Positions 1 to 8,885 of a stretch of 64,000 bases of DNA are shown piece by piece. This DNA comes from Planctomycetota bacterium. Its GTDB lineage: Bacteria > Planctomycetota > UBA8108 > UBA1146 > JAJFFE01. The stretch is taken from NCBI GenBank assembly GCA_021776775.1, contig JAJFFE010000303.1, positions 10,342 through 74,341 of the forward strand, in the 5' to 3' direction. The position numbers and the translations under genes were made by a program. How positions within the stretch are numbered: the stretch's first letter is position 1; each line of letters opens with the position of its first letter. The notes beneath the pieces are model-generated. The model ran no database searches. It had not been told where the DNA came from and saw only the letters and a list, made by a program, of their open reading frames with translations.

Positions 1-1
1 C

Positions 2-142
2 GACATGTGCCGCACGATGACCAACATTTGGAGCGACTCCTGCGGAACGGCGATTGTCGCCAAGTCCGAGGGAGAGACGCTCTTCGGACCCGGGACTTCG
101 GACAGCGGCCCCAGCGTGCACGACGCCGTTGCCAGCACCTGA
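2..142 (+). CDS. 3' end of an unidentified CDS entering from upstream (partial)
   Basis: The frame is open from the window edge to TGA 140-142 with GC-rich third positions (..DMCRTMTNIWSDSCGTAIVAKSEGETLFGPGTSDSGPSVHDAVAST*). No family recognised. Confidence 0.3.
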   Translation, partial: DMCRTMTNIWSDSCGTAIVAKSEGETLFGPGTSDSGPSVHDAVAST

Positions 143-289
143 CCGCGTCGGTAGAATCCGCGCCCGCTCGCTGCACCGTTCAGCGTGCGGCGCGCGGCGT
201 GGGCACGAACTTGCGAAACACCGATCGTCACGCTGCAACAAGGTCACGCGGCAACAACGTCACTCCAGCAACCCAGAGGATTTCGAGAC

Positions 290-859
290 ATGTCTTCTCT
301 ACCCGCCAGTCAGATCAAGCGCGGCCAAGTGATCAACTACGAAAACGATCTCTGGATTGTGGTCAGCTTCACGCACGTCAAACTGTCGAAAGGCGGGGGC
401 GCGATGCAGATGAAGCTGAAGAACTTGAAGCGTGGCGATCACATCGAGAACCGTTTCCGATCGTCCGACAAACTCGAGACCGCGTATCTCGACAAGAAGA
501 ACGCCGAGTACCTGTATCCCGAGGGCGACGCCTTCGTGTTCATGGATGTCGACGACTACGAGCAGTTCAGCTTGCAGGGTGAGTTGGTCGGTGACCTCAT
601 GCCGTACGTGAAGCACAATAGTCGCGTGCAAGTGACCTTCCACGAAGGCAACCCGATCACCGTGGACTTGCCTTCCGCGGTCGAGATGACGGTCGTCGAG
701 ACCGAGCCTGGTTTCAAAGGTGACTCGGTCTCGAACGTGTTCAAGCCTGCGAAGCTCGAGACCGGCCTCGAGATCAAGGTCCCGAACCACATCTCGGAGA
801 ACGACGTCGTCAAGGTGTCGACCGAGACCGGTGAGTTCTTGGAGCGCGTCAACAAGTAA
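290..859 (+). CDS. efp: Elongation factor P
   Basis: ATG at 290 gives 189 aa. The track ORF 185..859 adds an implausible 35-aa leader. Full-length EF-P-like sequence (MSSLPASQIKRGQVINYENDLWIVVSF.., OB-fold C-terminal domains) of typical length. Confidence 0.9.
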   Translation: MSSLPASQIKRGQVINYENDLWIVVSFTHVKLSKGGGAMQMKLKNLKRGDHIENRFRSSDKLETAYLDKKNAEYLYPEGDAFVFMDVDDYEQFSLQGELVGDLMPYVKHNSRVQVTFHEGNPITVDLPSAVEMTVVETEPGFKGDSVSNVFKPAKLETGLEIKVPNHISENDVVKVSTETGEFLERVNK

Positions 860-876
860 GCGTGCGGATAGCCGAA

Positions 877-915
877 GCGCGGTCGTCCGGACCGCGCTGC
901 GCTCCAGCGCAGCGC
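877..915. terminator. GC-rich hairpins between convergent efp and the amidinotransferase-family gene
   Basis: Two hairpins: GCGCGGTC-gtccg-GACCGCGC at 877-897 and the overlapping GCGCTGCGCT-cc-AGCGCAGCGC at 894-915. No U-tract. Confidence 0.4.
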
Positions 916-951
916 GCTGCTCAAGATGCGGAGAACGCGCCGCCGCGACTG

Positions 952-1860
952 TTAGTCGGCGCCGTAAAGGTTCTGGCGCATGCAGTACACGCTGCCTCCG
1001 GACTTCAGGTATTCGTCCGTGGTCACTTCAACGACGTTGAGCCCCTTACCCTCTAGTCGAGAGCGCGTCACCGGAGATCCGGATGGCAGGAACACCGTCG
1101 AGCCGTTGGGGCAGAACAGGTTACCCGCCAATCGTTCGGCGGCTTCTCGGCTGTCGACTTCGATGAGTTCTGAGAACGCGCACTGCAAGAGCGCTCGGCT
1201 GGTGCTCGAAAACGCCGACGGAATCCACGCCGCGCACCCTTCACGAATCGCAGCGAGGCAGGTGTCGAGGTGGTAGAAGTTGGAATCGACTAACTCTAGC
1301 ACCGCGATCGGCACGCCGAGTTTCTCGGCAAGCGCGGGATAGACGGTTGCGTCACTGCGTTCTCCGTAGCCTCCCCACAAGATCGCGTGACCGGGATGCC
1401 AGACGGTGTCGCCGCCACCCTCCCAGGCGCCCGAGAACTCGTCGGGTAGTTCGATGATTTTCACGCCGCTTCGCGCGAACCACTTTCGGTGGTGATCGAC
1501 TTCGTCGGTTCGCTCACGGTGGCGCATGCGAGACATGACGACAAACGGTTCGCCGTGGACGTCTAGCCCCGTGAAGCACGGATTCGCGGTGAAAACCATA
1601 TCGACGAGTTTCGGATCGGAAGGGACGGTAGCCACCCGTAATCCCTCGCGTTCGAACGCGTCGACGAGCAGTTGCCATTCGCGGGCGGCCGCCGCTCGGT
1701 CGACCGAGCCGATGCTGTTGTTCATGTGGGCGTTGCGCACGTCGACGACATCGAACGCGGTCGGCTCGCACATCAGCACGCCGTGGACACGATCGGGACG
1801 TCGATAGCTGGCGACGTCGAGTGTGTTCCACTGAGCTGCGGTCGTGATGGTCGAATTCAT
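952..1860 (-). CDS. Amidinotransferase / dimethylarginine dimethylaminohydrolase-family (guanidino-group modifying) enzyme
   Basis: 302 aa with a GGAGGG Shine-Dalgarno (SD) before ATG 1860. C-terminal ..YLKSGGSVYCM.. is typical of the catalytic Cys region of this superfamily. The overall motif pattern (FTANP, HLDT) also fits. Confidence 0.6.
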   Translation of the reverse strand: MNSTITTAAQWNTLDVASYRRPDRVHGVLMCEPTAFDVVDVRNAHMNNSIGSVDRAAAAREWQLLVDAFEREGLRVATVPSDPKLVDMVFTANPCFTGLDVHGEPFVVMSRMRHRERTDEVDHHRKWFARSGVKIIELPDEFSGAWEGGGDTVWHPGHAILWGGYGERSDATVYPALAEKLGVPIAVLELVDSNFYHLDTCLAAIREGCAAWIPSAFSSTSRALLQCAFSELIEVDSREAAERLAGNLFCPNGSTVFLPSGSPVTRSRLEGKGLNVVEVTTDEYLKSGGSVYCMRQNLYGAD

Positions 1861-1917
1861 AGTTGCCCTCCGCCACTGCTGTATCCGACGGAGGGCTCCC
1901 AGGCAATGTCGCTGTGT

Positions 1918-3276
1918 TCACTGTTTGACGAGAGTCTTCGGCCGGACCACGCGCCGCCGGCCTTCGACGCGTTCGATCGCGTGTAGAATGCGACGCCCTA
2001 GCTGCTCGTCGAGGCCGGGGAGTGCTTGTTTGATCAGCGTCGCGATGGTTTCGTCCGCCGCATCGTGCAGCGTGCCCGAGCCCGCTTCGGTCAGCCGTCG
2101 CCAGAAGTCACCCGGCCCGAACCCCGGCAGCCGTGCAATAACGAGCGAGACAGCGTGGATTTTCATCGTCTTCCACTGGCGGACAGTGGCGGCGGCGCGT
2201 TGGAGAACACCGGCGATCCGCTTGCTCTCCGGCGCCGCGTCAGCCACGAAGATCGCGGCGCGCGTCGCCTTCCGACGCCATTTCATACGGCCGTGACACA
2301 CCGCGCGCAGCGCCAAGTCGACTCGTTCGTTCGGCCCTCCGCCTTTGTCCGCGGAGATGCGACGCAAGAACATCTCGATTCGTTCCGCGTTGTCCGTTAG
2401 CGGCAGCGTGCTCTGGATCGTGTCGCGGTAGGTCACGGCGCCGACGCGAACGTCGCCGAGCAGCTCACGCGTGATGCGCGTCGCGTAGCGAATGTCTTTG
2501 ACTGCTTTGCCCAGGTGACTCTGCATGCTGCCCGTGCAGTCGATCGCCCACACCAGGTCGAGCGAAAGGGAGCGGCCCTCCCCGCCGAGCAGTCGGCGTT
2601 CCAGCTCTGTCACGGCAGTTCGCTTCGTCTTTCCCACTCCCGTGGCGCCACGCTTGGGTTCGCCGGACGCGCCGGGTTCCGCGTTGCCGCCCACGTTCGA
2701 TTCCTCGGGGATCGACTTACCGATCGGAAACTTCTCACGAACGCGCCACGTATCGGGGGTCTTCTGGAGCCAGTGCGGCATGCGGCCGGCGATTCGATCG
2801 AGACAGGTGCGGGCAGTGATGGACACGGGCGTCTCGGGCCCGCGTGTCCACTCGATGAGAAGTGCGGCGAGTCCGCGTCCTCCGAACCGCGCGAGATCCG
2901 TCGACTCGTGATGAAGCAGCGCTTCGACGGCCAGGGTACGTTCCCAAGAATGGTCGAGCGAAGGCATGGAGTCGCGAACGACGACGATCGACCACGGGTT
3001 GAGCATCGTGCCGAGGTGGGCAAGCAATGCGAGCGTTTGAATCTTCGCGCTGGGGTCGAGAGGATCAACGATGGCACTTCGGAGGCCGCGAAGTTCGCGT
3101 CCGAATGTTGGATCCCAAGGTGGATCGTTCGAGTCATCGGTCGCGTAGAGCGCGGGCGACGAAGCGCAGGTCGCAAAGAGCAACGCGAAGAGTACGCGTC
3201 GTGTCCAGCGAGCAGGTGAGAATTGGGCGGGTGAAGAGTGAGGGGGCGAGGAAGTGGCGCAGCTCATGGAAAGCAT
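1918..3276 (-). CDS. Secreted von Willebrand factor A (VWA) domain protein
   Basis: 452 aa with a hydrophobic N-terminal signal-like segment. MIDAS-like motif ..LVWAIDCTGSM.. is followed by a VWA-like alternation. Confidence 0.6.
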   Translation of the reverse strand: MLSMSCATSSPPHSSPAQFSPARWTRRVLFALLFATCASSPALYATDDSNDPPWDPTFGRELRGLRSAIVDPLDPSAKIQTLALLAHLGTMLNPWSIVVVRDSMPSLDHSWERTLAVEALLHHESTDLARFGGRGLAALLIEWTRGPETPVSITARTCLDRIAGRMPHWLQKTPDTWRVREKFPIGKSIPEESNVGGNAEPGASGEPKRGATGVGKTKRTAVTELERRLLGGEGRSLSLDLVWAIDCTGSMQSHLGKAVKDIRYATRITRELLGDVRVGAVTYRDTIQSTLPLTDNAERIEMFLRRISADKGGGPNERVDLALRAVCHGRMKWRRKATRAAIFVADAAPESKRIAGVLQRAAATVRQWKTMKIHAVSLVIARLPGFGPGDFWRRLTEAGSGTLHDAADETIATLIKQALPGLDEQLGRRILHAIERVEGRRRVVRPKTLVKQ

Positions 3277-3424
3277 AGGCGCGACTTTCGGGTCCGAAGC
3301 GGCCCGCGAAGGGGGGAGGCCGCGATTTCGATCCCGAGCATACTGAGCCGCTCACGCGGACGCTAGCCCGAACAGCCCGACCTGGCCCGAGAGAAGGTGC
3401 GAGAGATAGCCAATGGACACGCTC

Positions 3425-3524
3425 GTCCTCAACGGAGCGAAGCTCTGTAGCAGTTGAGTGCGCTGATCGTTGCGCACTTGTTGCTTGGCCTTCTCTCGCA
3501 AAGCCGCCAAGAACCGCCAAGAAG
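3425..3524. repeat. Dispersed intergenic repeat, copy 1 (reverse orientation relative to 43331-43436)
   Basis: About 80% identical by eye over ~100 bp to the reverse complement of 43331-43436. Shared strings include ..GCGAAGC.C.GT.GCAGTTG.G.GCGCTG.. and ..GCTTGGCCTT.TCTCGCAAAGCCGC..GAACCGCCAAG.. Confidence 0.7.
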
Positions 3525-3551
3525 CTCTTGCCCCATTGCTGTTCAATGTTG

Positions 3552-4097
3552 CTAGCGGTTGCGATTCATCGAGACGTTGTCGGCAGGGACCCCCAGGTTT
3601 TCGGCGAACTCTACCTCGGCAGTGAAGATCAGGTCCTCGGGCGACGGGTTCGTTTCCACGACCCACTGCTTCACAAGGTGAATGTCTTCACTCGTCAAGT
3701 TCTCGCGGACGATCCGCCGGATCGAGAGCGGGATGTTCGTGTACTTGCTCTGCGAGATATCGTCCGCGTACCGGTTGAGGTCGCGACGAAGAATTGCCCC
3801 GCTACGGTTGCGCAGGTAGTCCGTCTTCATCGAATCGAGTTGATCGTCCCGGAGATGAGTCCGAAGGGTCGCCCGTAGTTGAGCGGCCTTTTCATCGCGA
3901 GACGTCGACGTCTTCACGTTGGCGTGCGCGACGTTGTCGTTCCACGAGTCGCTCATCGTGATACTGAGCGCAGGGATGGCGACCACTCCGGCGAGGATGA
4001 AAATCGGCATGGCGAAGTTCTTCCGCGACCGCGATCGTCGCTCACGACGGGCGCGGTTGGTCGGGACGTAATAGCCGTCCGGCTGGTTGCGAGACAT
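3552..4097 (-). CDS. Hypothetical single-pass membrane protein
   Basis: 181 aa. Arg-rich N-terminus followed by one TM helix (MPIFILAGVVAIPALSI). No family recognised. Confidence 0.45.
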   Translation of the reverse strand: MSRNQPDGYYVPTNRARRERRSRSRKNFAMPIFILAGVVAIPALSITMSDSWNDNVAHANVKTSTSRDEKAAQLRATLRTHLRDDQLDSMKTDYLRNRSGAILRRDLNRYADDISQSKYTNIPLSIRRIVRENLTSEDIHLVKQWVVETNPSPEDLIFTAEVEFAENLGVPADNVSMNRNR

Positions 4098-4244
4098 GGG
4101 AATCCCCTCTCAGTCTCACGCGATAGCGGCCTCGGTGCTCGCGATGGAGATCACGGAGGCATCGAACAATCGTACGATGCCGGGGCGGCTCCGCGCAAAA
4201 CCACGCAGTCCGTCGCGGCGCGTGGAGGCGTAAGCTGTTTTTAG

Positions 4245-5381
4245 TTAGTTGTTTGTGGATTGTCGAGCGGCGCACTCGACGATCTTGCGGTGCAAGCCGG
4301 GCAGCTTCCAGGCGTCGCCCACCTGAACGGTACGCGGGGCGGTTTGCTCGTTCGCCGTCGACGCCGGGATCGTGACGACGTGCACGCGCAGGCTGCGGTA
4401 GGTAATGCTGTGTTTGATCTCCGCTTGGTACGAGGCTCGGCCCAGTTCGAAGTCGAACTCCGATCGGACCAAGGCGCGTAGCTTCGTCGCGGCTTGGCGG
4501 GGATCGGGTGCGTCGTCCACGGGCCAGAGAGGCACACCCCACTGCGTCTTCAGGAATGGCGCGTCCTCCGCCGCGCGTCGAACCACGATTCCCGTCGGGG
4601 TCACGATCACGGCTGCCAGCCAGTGTTGGATCTCCGGCTTTCGTCGCTGACGAGGTGGTGGGAACGCCTCGGGTCGGCCGAGCTTGTTTGCGCGACAGCC
4701 AGACGCGATCGGGCAATCGCCGCAACCCGGTGCGCGCGGCGTGCACACCGTGGCGCCGAGTTCCATCATGGCTTGGTTGTGATCTCCTGGTTGCTCGTTG
4801 GGAAGTGCGATCCGAGCGGCCTCGCGCAGAAGTGTGTTCGAGTCGCCCTTCTTGGGGTCGCCTTCGAGTGTGAGATAGCGAGCGAGTACGCGCTCGACGT
4901 TGCCGTCGATCACGGGTACCGCGTGGTCGAACGCAATGCTGCCGATAGCTGCCGCCGTGTACTCGCCGATCCCCGGTAGCGATCGGAGCCCCGCCTCATC
5001 GTTGGGCAGTGCGCCGCCGTGATCTCTGACGACCTGTTGCGCCGCGACGCGAAGATTGCGTCCGCGGGAGTAGTAGCCCAGCCCAGCCCAGTACTCGAGC
5101 ACTTCGTCTTCGTCCGCTTCGGACAAACTGACGACGGTCGGGAACCGGCCCATGAACCGTTCGTAGTACGGAATCACGGTTTTGACCTGGGTTTGCTGTA
5201 GCATGATTTCCGAGATCCACACGCGATACGGATCTTGGTTTTCTCGCCAGGGAAGGTCACGATGCCGGACCGCGTACCACTCGTTCAGAGGGGTCGTGAT
5301 CGAACGAACGCGGTTGCGCTGCGATGGGGTGAGCTTACGATTCGAAGCGCGGCTGCTCATTGTCTTCAGATGACCCATCAC
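4245..5381 (-). CDS. mutY: A/G-specific adenine DNA glycosylase
   Basis: HhH-GPD core ..LPWRENQDPYRVWISEIMLQQTQVKTVIPYYERFMGRFPTV..GLGYYSRGRNL.., a 4Fe-4S Cys cluster (C..C..C..C) and a NUDIX-like C-terminal domain. The start may instead be ATG 5360. Confidence 0.9.
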   Translation of the reverse strand: MMGHLKTMSSRASNRKLTPSQRNRVRSITTPLNEWYAVRHRDLPWRENQDPYRVWISEIMLQQTQVKTVIPYYERFMGRFPTVVSLSEADEDEVLEYWAGLGYYSRGRNLRVAAQQVVRDHGGALPNDEAGLRSLPGIGEYTAAAIGSIAFDHAVPVIDGNVERVLARYLTLEGDPKKGDSNTLLREAARIALPNEQPGDHNQAMMELGATVCTPRAPGCGDCPIASGCRANKLGRPEAFPPPRQRRKPEIQHWLAAVIVTPTGIVVRRAAEDAPFLKTQWGVPLWPVDDAPDPRQAATKLRALVRSEFDFELGRASYQAEIKHSITYRSLRVHVVTIPASTANEQTAPRTVQVGDAWKLPGLHRKIVECAARQSTNN

Positions 5382-5398
5382 TCAACGACGGAGGTGCT

Positions 5399-5959
5399 AT
5401 GGCGTGGATCGAGCAGGTACCCGAAGACCGAGCCACTGGCAAGCTCGCGAAGATTTACGAAATGGCGAAAGGGCGTGCGGGTCGGGTCGCCAACATCCTC
5501 AAGATCATGTCGCTCCGGCCGGGCCCGCTGAGCACCTTCATGCGCTTGTACGTTCAGCTCATGAAGGAAGAGTCGACTATCAGTTTCGCCGACCGCGAGA
5601 TGGTGGCGGCAGTCACGTCCGAGGTAAACGGCTGTTTCTACTGAAAGCACTCGCACGGGGAGGATCTCCGTTCCGCGAGTGGCGACAATGAATTGGCCGA
5701 CGCCGTCATCCACGGCTGGCGCAGCCACGAGGCGTCCATGACGTCTCGACAGCGAGCACTCTGTGAGTACGCCGAGAAGCTGACTCGGAGCCCGTCGTCG
5801 ATGACGCCGGCCGATCTGGACGGTCTCCGTGCGGAGGGGCTCGATGACGGCGAGATTCTCGAGGTGGTGCACGTCATCGGGTACTTCAACCACATCAACC
5901 GGGTGGCCGACGCCTTGAGTGTCGATCCCGAGCCGTTCATGCCGACGACGTCCGACTGA
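5399..5959 (+). CDS. AhpD/carboxymuconolactone-decarboxylase-family peroxidase-related protein with in-frame TGA (candidate selenocysteine) at 5642-5644
   Basis: Track ORFs 5360..5644 and 5693..5959 are in the same frame, separated by a single TGA. ATG 5399 is preceded by GGAGG. The joined 186-aa product reads ..VTSEVNGCFY[TGA]KHSHGEDL.., and the family motif as I recall it is C-x-Y-C-x-x-H-H. Confidence 0.7.
5648..5681 (+). promoter_or_regulatory. SECIS-like stem-loop immediately downstream of the in-frame TGA
   Basis: Outer stem CACTCGC(5648-5654)/GCGAGTG(5675-5681). Inner stem ACGGGGA(5655-5661)/TCTCCGT(5665-5671) with one G-U pair, apical loop GGA and a 3-nt bulge. The loop lies about 18-20 nt 3' of the UGA. 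Confidence 0.55.
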
Positions 5960-6134
5960 GCGCTGTGCCCCAAGGGCTGTGCAGAACACGTCTTCCGGGG
6001 ATCGGCAGCGGTCCGACTCGGCCGGGGGCCCCGCAAATGGGTCGCGCGCCCCTACTTGTCCGTACCCGGACGGCCCGATAGACTTAGCGACGGTTGGAAC
6101 CCATCGTCCGAGCTCCCCGCCCTAAGGAGGGGCC

Positions 6135-7505
6135 TTGTCCCGTCCCAATAGCAGCAGCACGGATCGCAGTATCACGCACACTTCGAACACCGCTCACTCC
6201 AGTGTTGAGCCCATGACGTCGCGCGCGTTGGTCGATGAATTGTCGAGCGATGCTCCGCGCCTCGTCAGTCTCCTCAAGCGCGCCGTGCGTCGCCGCGGCG
6301 GTCTTGCGTTCGTCGAAGGTGCGACCTGGGGGTTACTCCTCGGGTTGACCGGTGCGCTTGTTCTCAAGGTGTACGAAAAATTGTTCTGGCCCGGCTGGGA
6401 TGCTACGACGTCATGGTCGTGGATCGGAGCCAGCGTCGGCGGTGCGGTACTGCTCGGCGCTATCGTCGCGTGGTTGTTCCGTCCGAAGGATCCGCTCCGC
6501 GCCGCGCTCGCCATCGAGGGTGAGTACGCTCTGAAAGAGCGCCTCTCGAGTATCGTCTTCCTCCGCAAATCTCGCGAGCACGTCGATCCCGATGCCGCCG
6601 CCGCCCTCGCTCGCGATGGTGACGAGTACGCCACTCGTGTCGATCTTCGACGAGCGCTTCCGTTTCGTCGGCCGCGTGCCGGGATCCCCGCCGCGTGCAT
6701 GGCGGTCGCCTTCGCGATCGCAGTGTTCCTTCCTCAATACGATGTCCTCGGTTCAGAAGAAGATCGCCAAGATATCGCCAAGGAAGAGAAGCGCGTCGAA
6801 GAAGCCCGCAAACGGCAAGACAAGCGCATCAAGAAGCTGCAAGAGAAAGCCAAGAAGGACAAGGTCAGCCCCAAGACCCAGAAGCTGCTCAACAAAATGA
6901 GCCACCGTCCTCCGGAGAGAAAGAACTCCGAGAAGCGACGGACGGCGAAGGGCGAAGTGAAGCGCCGCGAGCTGGCCGACATGGACAATCTCCGCAAGGA
7001 GGCGAAGGCGCTGCGCAACCGCGCCGAGATGAAGCAGCTCGACAAGTTTCTGAACAAGGTTCAAGCCGCCGGTCAGAAGATGCAGAGCCAAGAGGCGAAA
7101 CAGCTTGCCAAGGCGTTGCAGCAAGGTGATCTGTCGCAAGCGAGCGAGGCGCTGAAGAAGCTCGCCAAGAAGATCGCCGACGAGAAGAAGAAGGGCGGCC
7201 CGAAGAGCGAAGAGCTGAAGAAGCTCGAAGAAGATCTCGCGAAGCTCATGAAGAAGATGGACGGCGCGCCGAGCCTGGCGAAGCTCGCCGAATCCCTTGG
7301 CGACATGTCGAACATGAGCGGCACTGAGCTATCCGAAGCGCTGAGCCAAGCGGCGTCCGACATGAGTGAGCTCGAGCGCTTGATGCGCGAGCGCGACATT
7401 CTCGACAGCGCGCTTCAGGATATCGAAATGACCCAGGATGAACTCGCGCAGCTTCCCACCGAGTGGGAAGAACCGTGCGAACTCTGCCAGGCCGGCGGCA
7501 CCTGA
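6135..7505 (+). CDS. Membrane protein with long Lys/Glu-rich coiled-coil (conventional stop at TGA 7503-7505)
   Basis: TTG 6135 is preceded by AAGGAGG. Contains TM helices (ATWGLLLGLTGALVLKV, IGASVGGAVLLGAIVAWLF, ACMAVAFAIAVFL) and then ~230 aa of KE-rich heptad-like sequence. Ends ..EEPCELCQAGGT*. Confidence 0.65.
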   Translation: MSRPNSSSTDRSITHTSNTAHSSVEPMTSRALVDELSSDAPRLVSLLKRAVRRRGGLAFVEGATWGLLLGLTGALVLKVYEKLFWPGWDATTSWSWIGASVGGAVLLGAIVAWLFRPKDPLRAALAIEGEYALKERLSSIVFLRKSREHVDPDAAAALARDGDEYATRVDLRRALPFRRPRAGIPAACMAVAFAIAVFLPQYDVLGSEEDRQDIAKEEKRVEEARKRQDKRIKKLQEKAKKDKVSPKTQKLLNKMSHRPPERKNSEKRRTAKGEVKRRELADMDNLRKEAKALRNRAEMKQLDKFLNKVQAAGQKMQSQEAKQLAKALQQGDLSQASEALKKLAKKIADEKKKGGPKSEELKKLEEDLAKLMKKMDGAPSLAKLAESLGDMSNMSGTELSEALSQAASDMSELERLMRERDILDSALQDIEMTQDELAQLPTEWEEPCELCQAGGT

Positions 7506-7547
7506 AAGGGTGCGGGCAAAGGCGGCACCTGACAAGGTGGCGGCAGT
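7494..7547 (+). repeat. Tandem 27-bp duplication, each unit carrying GGCGGCACC-TGA
   Basis: Unit 1 is 7494-7520 (GGCGGCACCTGAAAGGGTGCGGGCAAA). Unit 2 is 7521-7547 (GGCGGCACCTGACAAGGTGGCGGCAGT). The period is 9 codons. Confidence 0.75.
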
Positions 7548-7892
7548 GGTCACGGTCGTGGCCAGAACGGACCCTGGAGTGCAGGCGATAGCGCGAACAA
7601 TCCCGGCAGCGGTAGTGGCGGTCCTGGGCAGGGCAACGGACGCCCCGGCGAAGCGCCGGAGGCGGACACGACCCACAAGAAGGAGCAACTGCGCGGCGCC
7701 CTTCACAAGGGCAAGCTCGTCGGTAGTTACCTCGAGAAGGGCAATTCCCCGCGGGGCGACACGAAGCTCGAGCTCGAGAAGCTCATCTTGTCCGGCAGTC
7801 GCTACGCGGAGGAATCCCTCGAGCGCGAGCGCTACCCGGCCGAGTATCGGGAGCTTCCGTTGAGGTACTTCGAGCGCATTCGGGATCAGTGA
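7506..7892 (+). other. In-frame, start-less, coding-like continuation of the 6135 gene past two TGAs (7503, 7530)
   Basis: Same frame as 6135. Reads KGAGKGGT*QGGGSGHGRGQNG...LHKGKLVGSYLEKGNSPRGDTKLELEKLILSGSRYAEESLERERYPAEYRELPLRYFERIRDQ*. Strong GC3 bias. The only in-frame start-type codon, TTG near 7788, lies about 35 codons before the stop at 7890-7892. Confidence 0.5.
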
Positions 7893-7893
7893 C

Positions 7894-8883
7894 GTGGGGC
7901 GACGCGACGTCGCCGCCTCTATCGCTCTGCGCGTTCTTCGGCTGTCCTGCAGCGTAGTTCTCGTGGCGTGTTCAGTGGCGTGCTCTTCCCGATCCAATGT
8001 CGAAGGTGTCGCTTCCGTGTCCGAGGTGGTCGCCTTCGGCGGCTCCGGTCGCGGCGAAGGCTACTTCCATCAACCGCGCGGCATCGAAGTCCTCTCCGAT
8101 GAATCGTGTGTCGTCATCGATCGCTCCGGCCGCGTGCAACGCTTCGGCCGCGACGGCAAAGTCATGACGTCGTGGATTCTGCCGCAGTGGCGAAACGGAC
8201 AACCGATCGATCTCTGCGTCACTCCTTGGGACACGCTGCTCGTCGCCGATACGCATTACTCGCGACTCCTCGAGTTCGATACGACCGGAGAGCTCGTTCA
8301 GATACTGCTCGAAGAGTGGGTCGTCCCCGGAGAGGACGCGGGGCTGAGCTTGGTGCGCGGCGTCTCGGTCGGCGCGGACAACGCCATCTACATCGCGGAC
8401 TACGGCACGGACGAGCGCGACCGCGTTCACCGATTCGAGCGTGATGGCACGTACAAGGGATCGTTTGGGCAGCGAGGGGACGGCGAGTTCGACCTAAACC
8501 GTCCGGAGGGGCTCGCCGTGGGGCGCGGCGGCGACGTCTACGTCGTCGATTGCGGCCATGACCGCGTCCTGCGATTTTCGGCGACCGGTGAACCGCTCGG
8601 ATCGTTCGGCGAGTCTGGCACCCGGCCCGGCCAGTTCTTGTTCCCGTTCGACATTGCCGTCGGCAGCGATGACTGCCTGTACGTGGTCGAGTATCGTGGC
8701 AACCGGGTTCAGCGATTCGATGCCGACGGCGAGTTCATCGACATGGTCGGCCACGCCGGACGTGAGTTGGTGGAGTTCGCGACTCCGCGTGGTATTGCTG
8801 TGCGACCTGACGCAGGGGGAGATCTCGTGTACGTGGCGGACACTAACAACCATCGTGTTCAACGCTTCCGGTGGGGGGGGTGA
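7894..8883 (+). CDS. NHL-repeat beta-propeller protein (secreted or lipoprotein-like)
   Basis: GTG 7894 lies 1 nt after the 7890-7892 stop. Contains repeated NHL-like units (..PRGIEVL.., ..VRGVSVGADNAIYIADYG..RVHRF.., ..PEGLAVGRGGDVYVVDCGHDRVLRF.., ..PFDIAVGSDDCLYVVEYRGNRVQRF.., ..PRGIAV..LVYVADTNNHRVQRF). Confidence 0.8.
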   Translation: MGRRDVAASIALRVLRLSCSVVLVACSVACSSRSNVEGVASVSEVVAFGGSGRGEGYFHQPRGIEVLSDESCVVIDRSGRVQRFGRDGKVMTSWILPQWRNGQPIDLCVTPWDTLLVADTHYSRLLEFDTTGELVQILLEEWVVPGEDAGLSLVRGVSVGADNAIYIADYGTDERDRVHRFERDGTYKGSFGQRGDGEFDLNRPEGLAVGRGGDVYVVDCGHDRVLRFSATGEPLGSFGESGTRPGQFLFPFDIAVGSDDCLYVVEYRGNRVQRFDADGEFIDMVGHAGRELVEFATPRGIAVRPDAGGDLVYVADTNNHRVQRFRWGG

Positions 8884-8885
8884 CC

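Noticed and set aside
7-582. 191-aa ORF overlapping the efp start region, and similar Arg/Pro/Ala-rich ORFs throughout the track
   Set aside because: These are typical high-GC shadow ORFs. They have low-complexity R/P/A/G composition, overlap better-supported genes (here efp) in another frame, and have no recognisable motifs.
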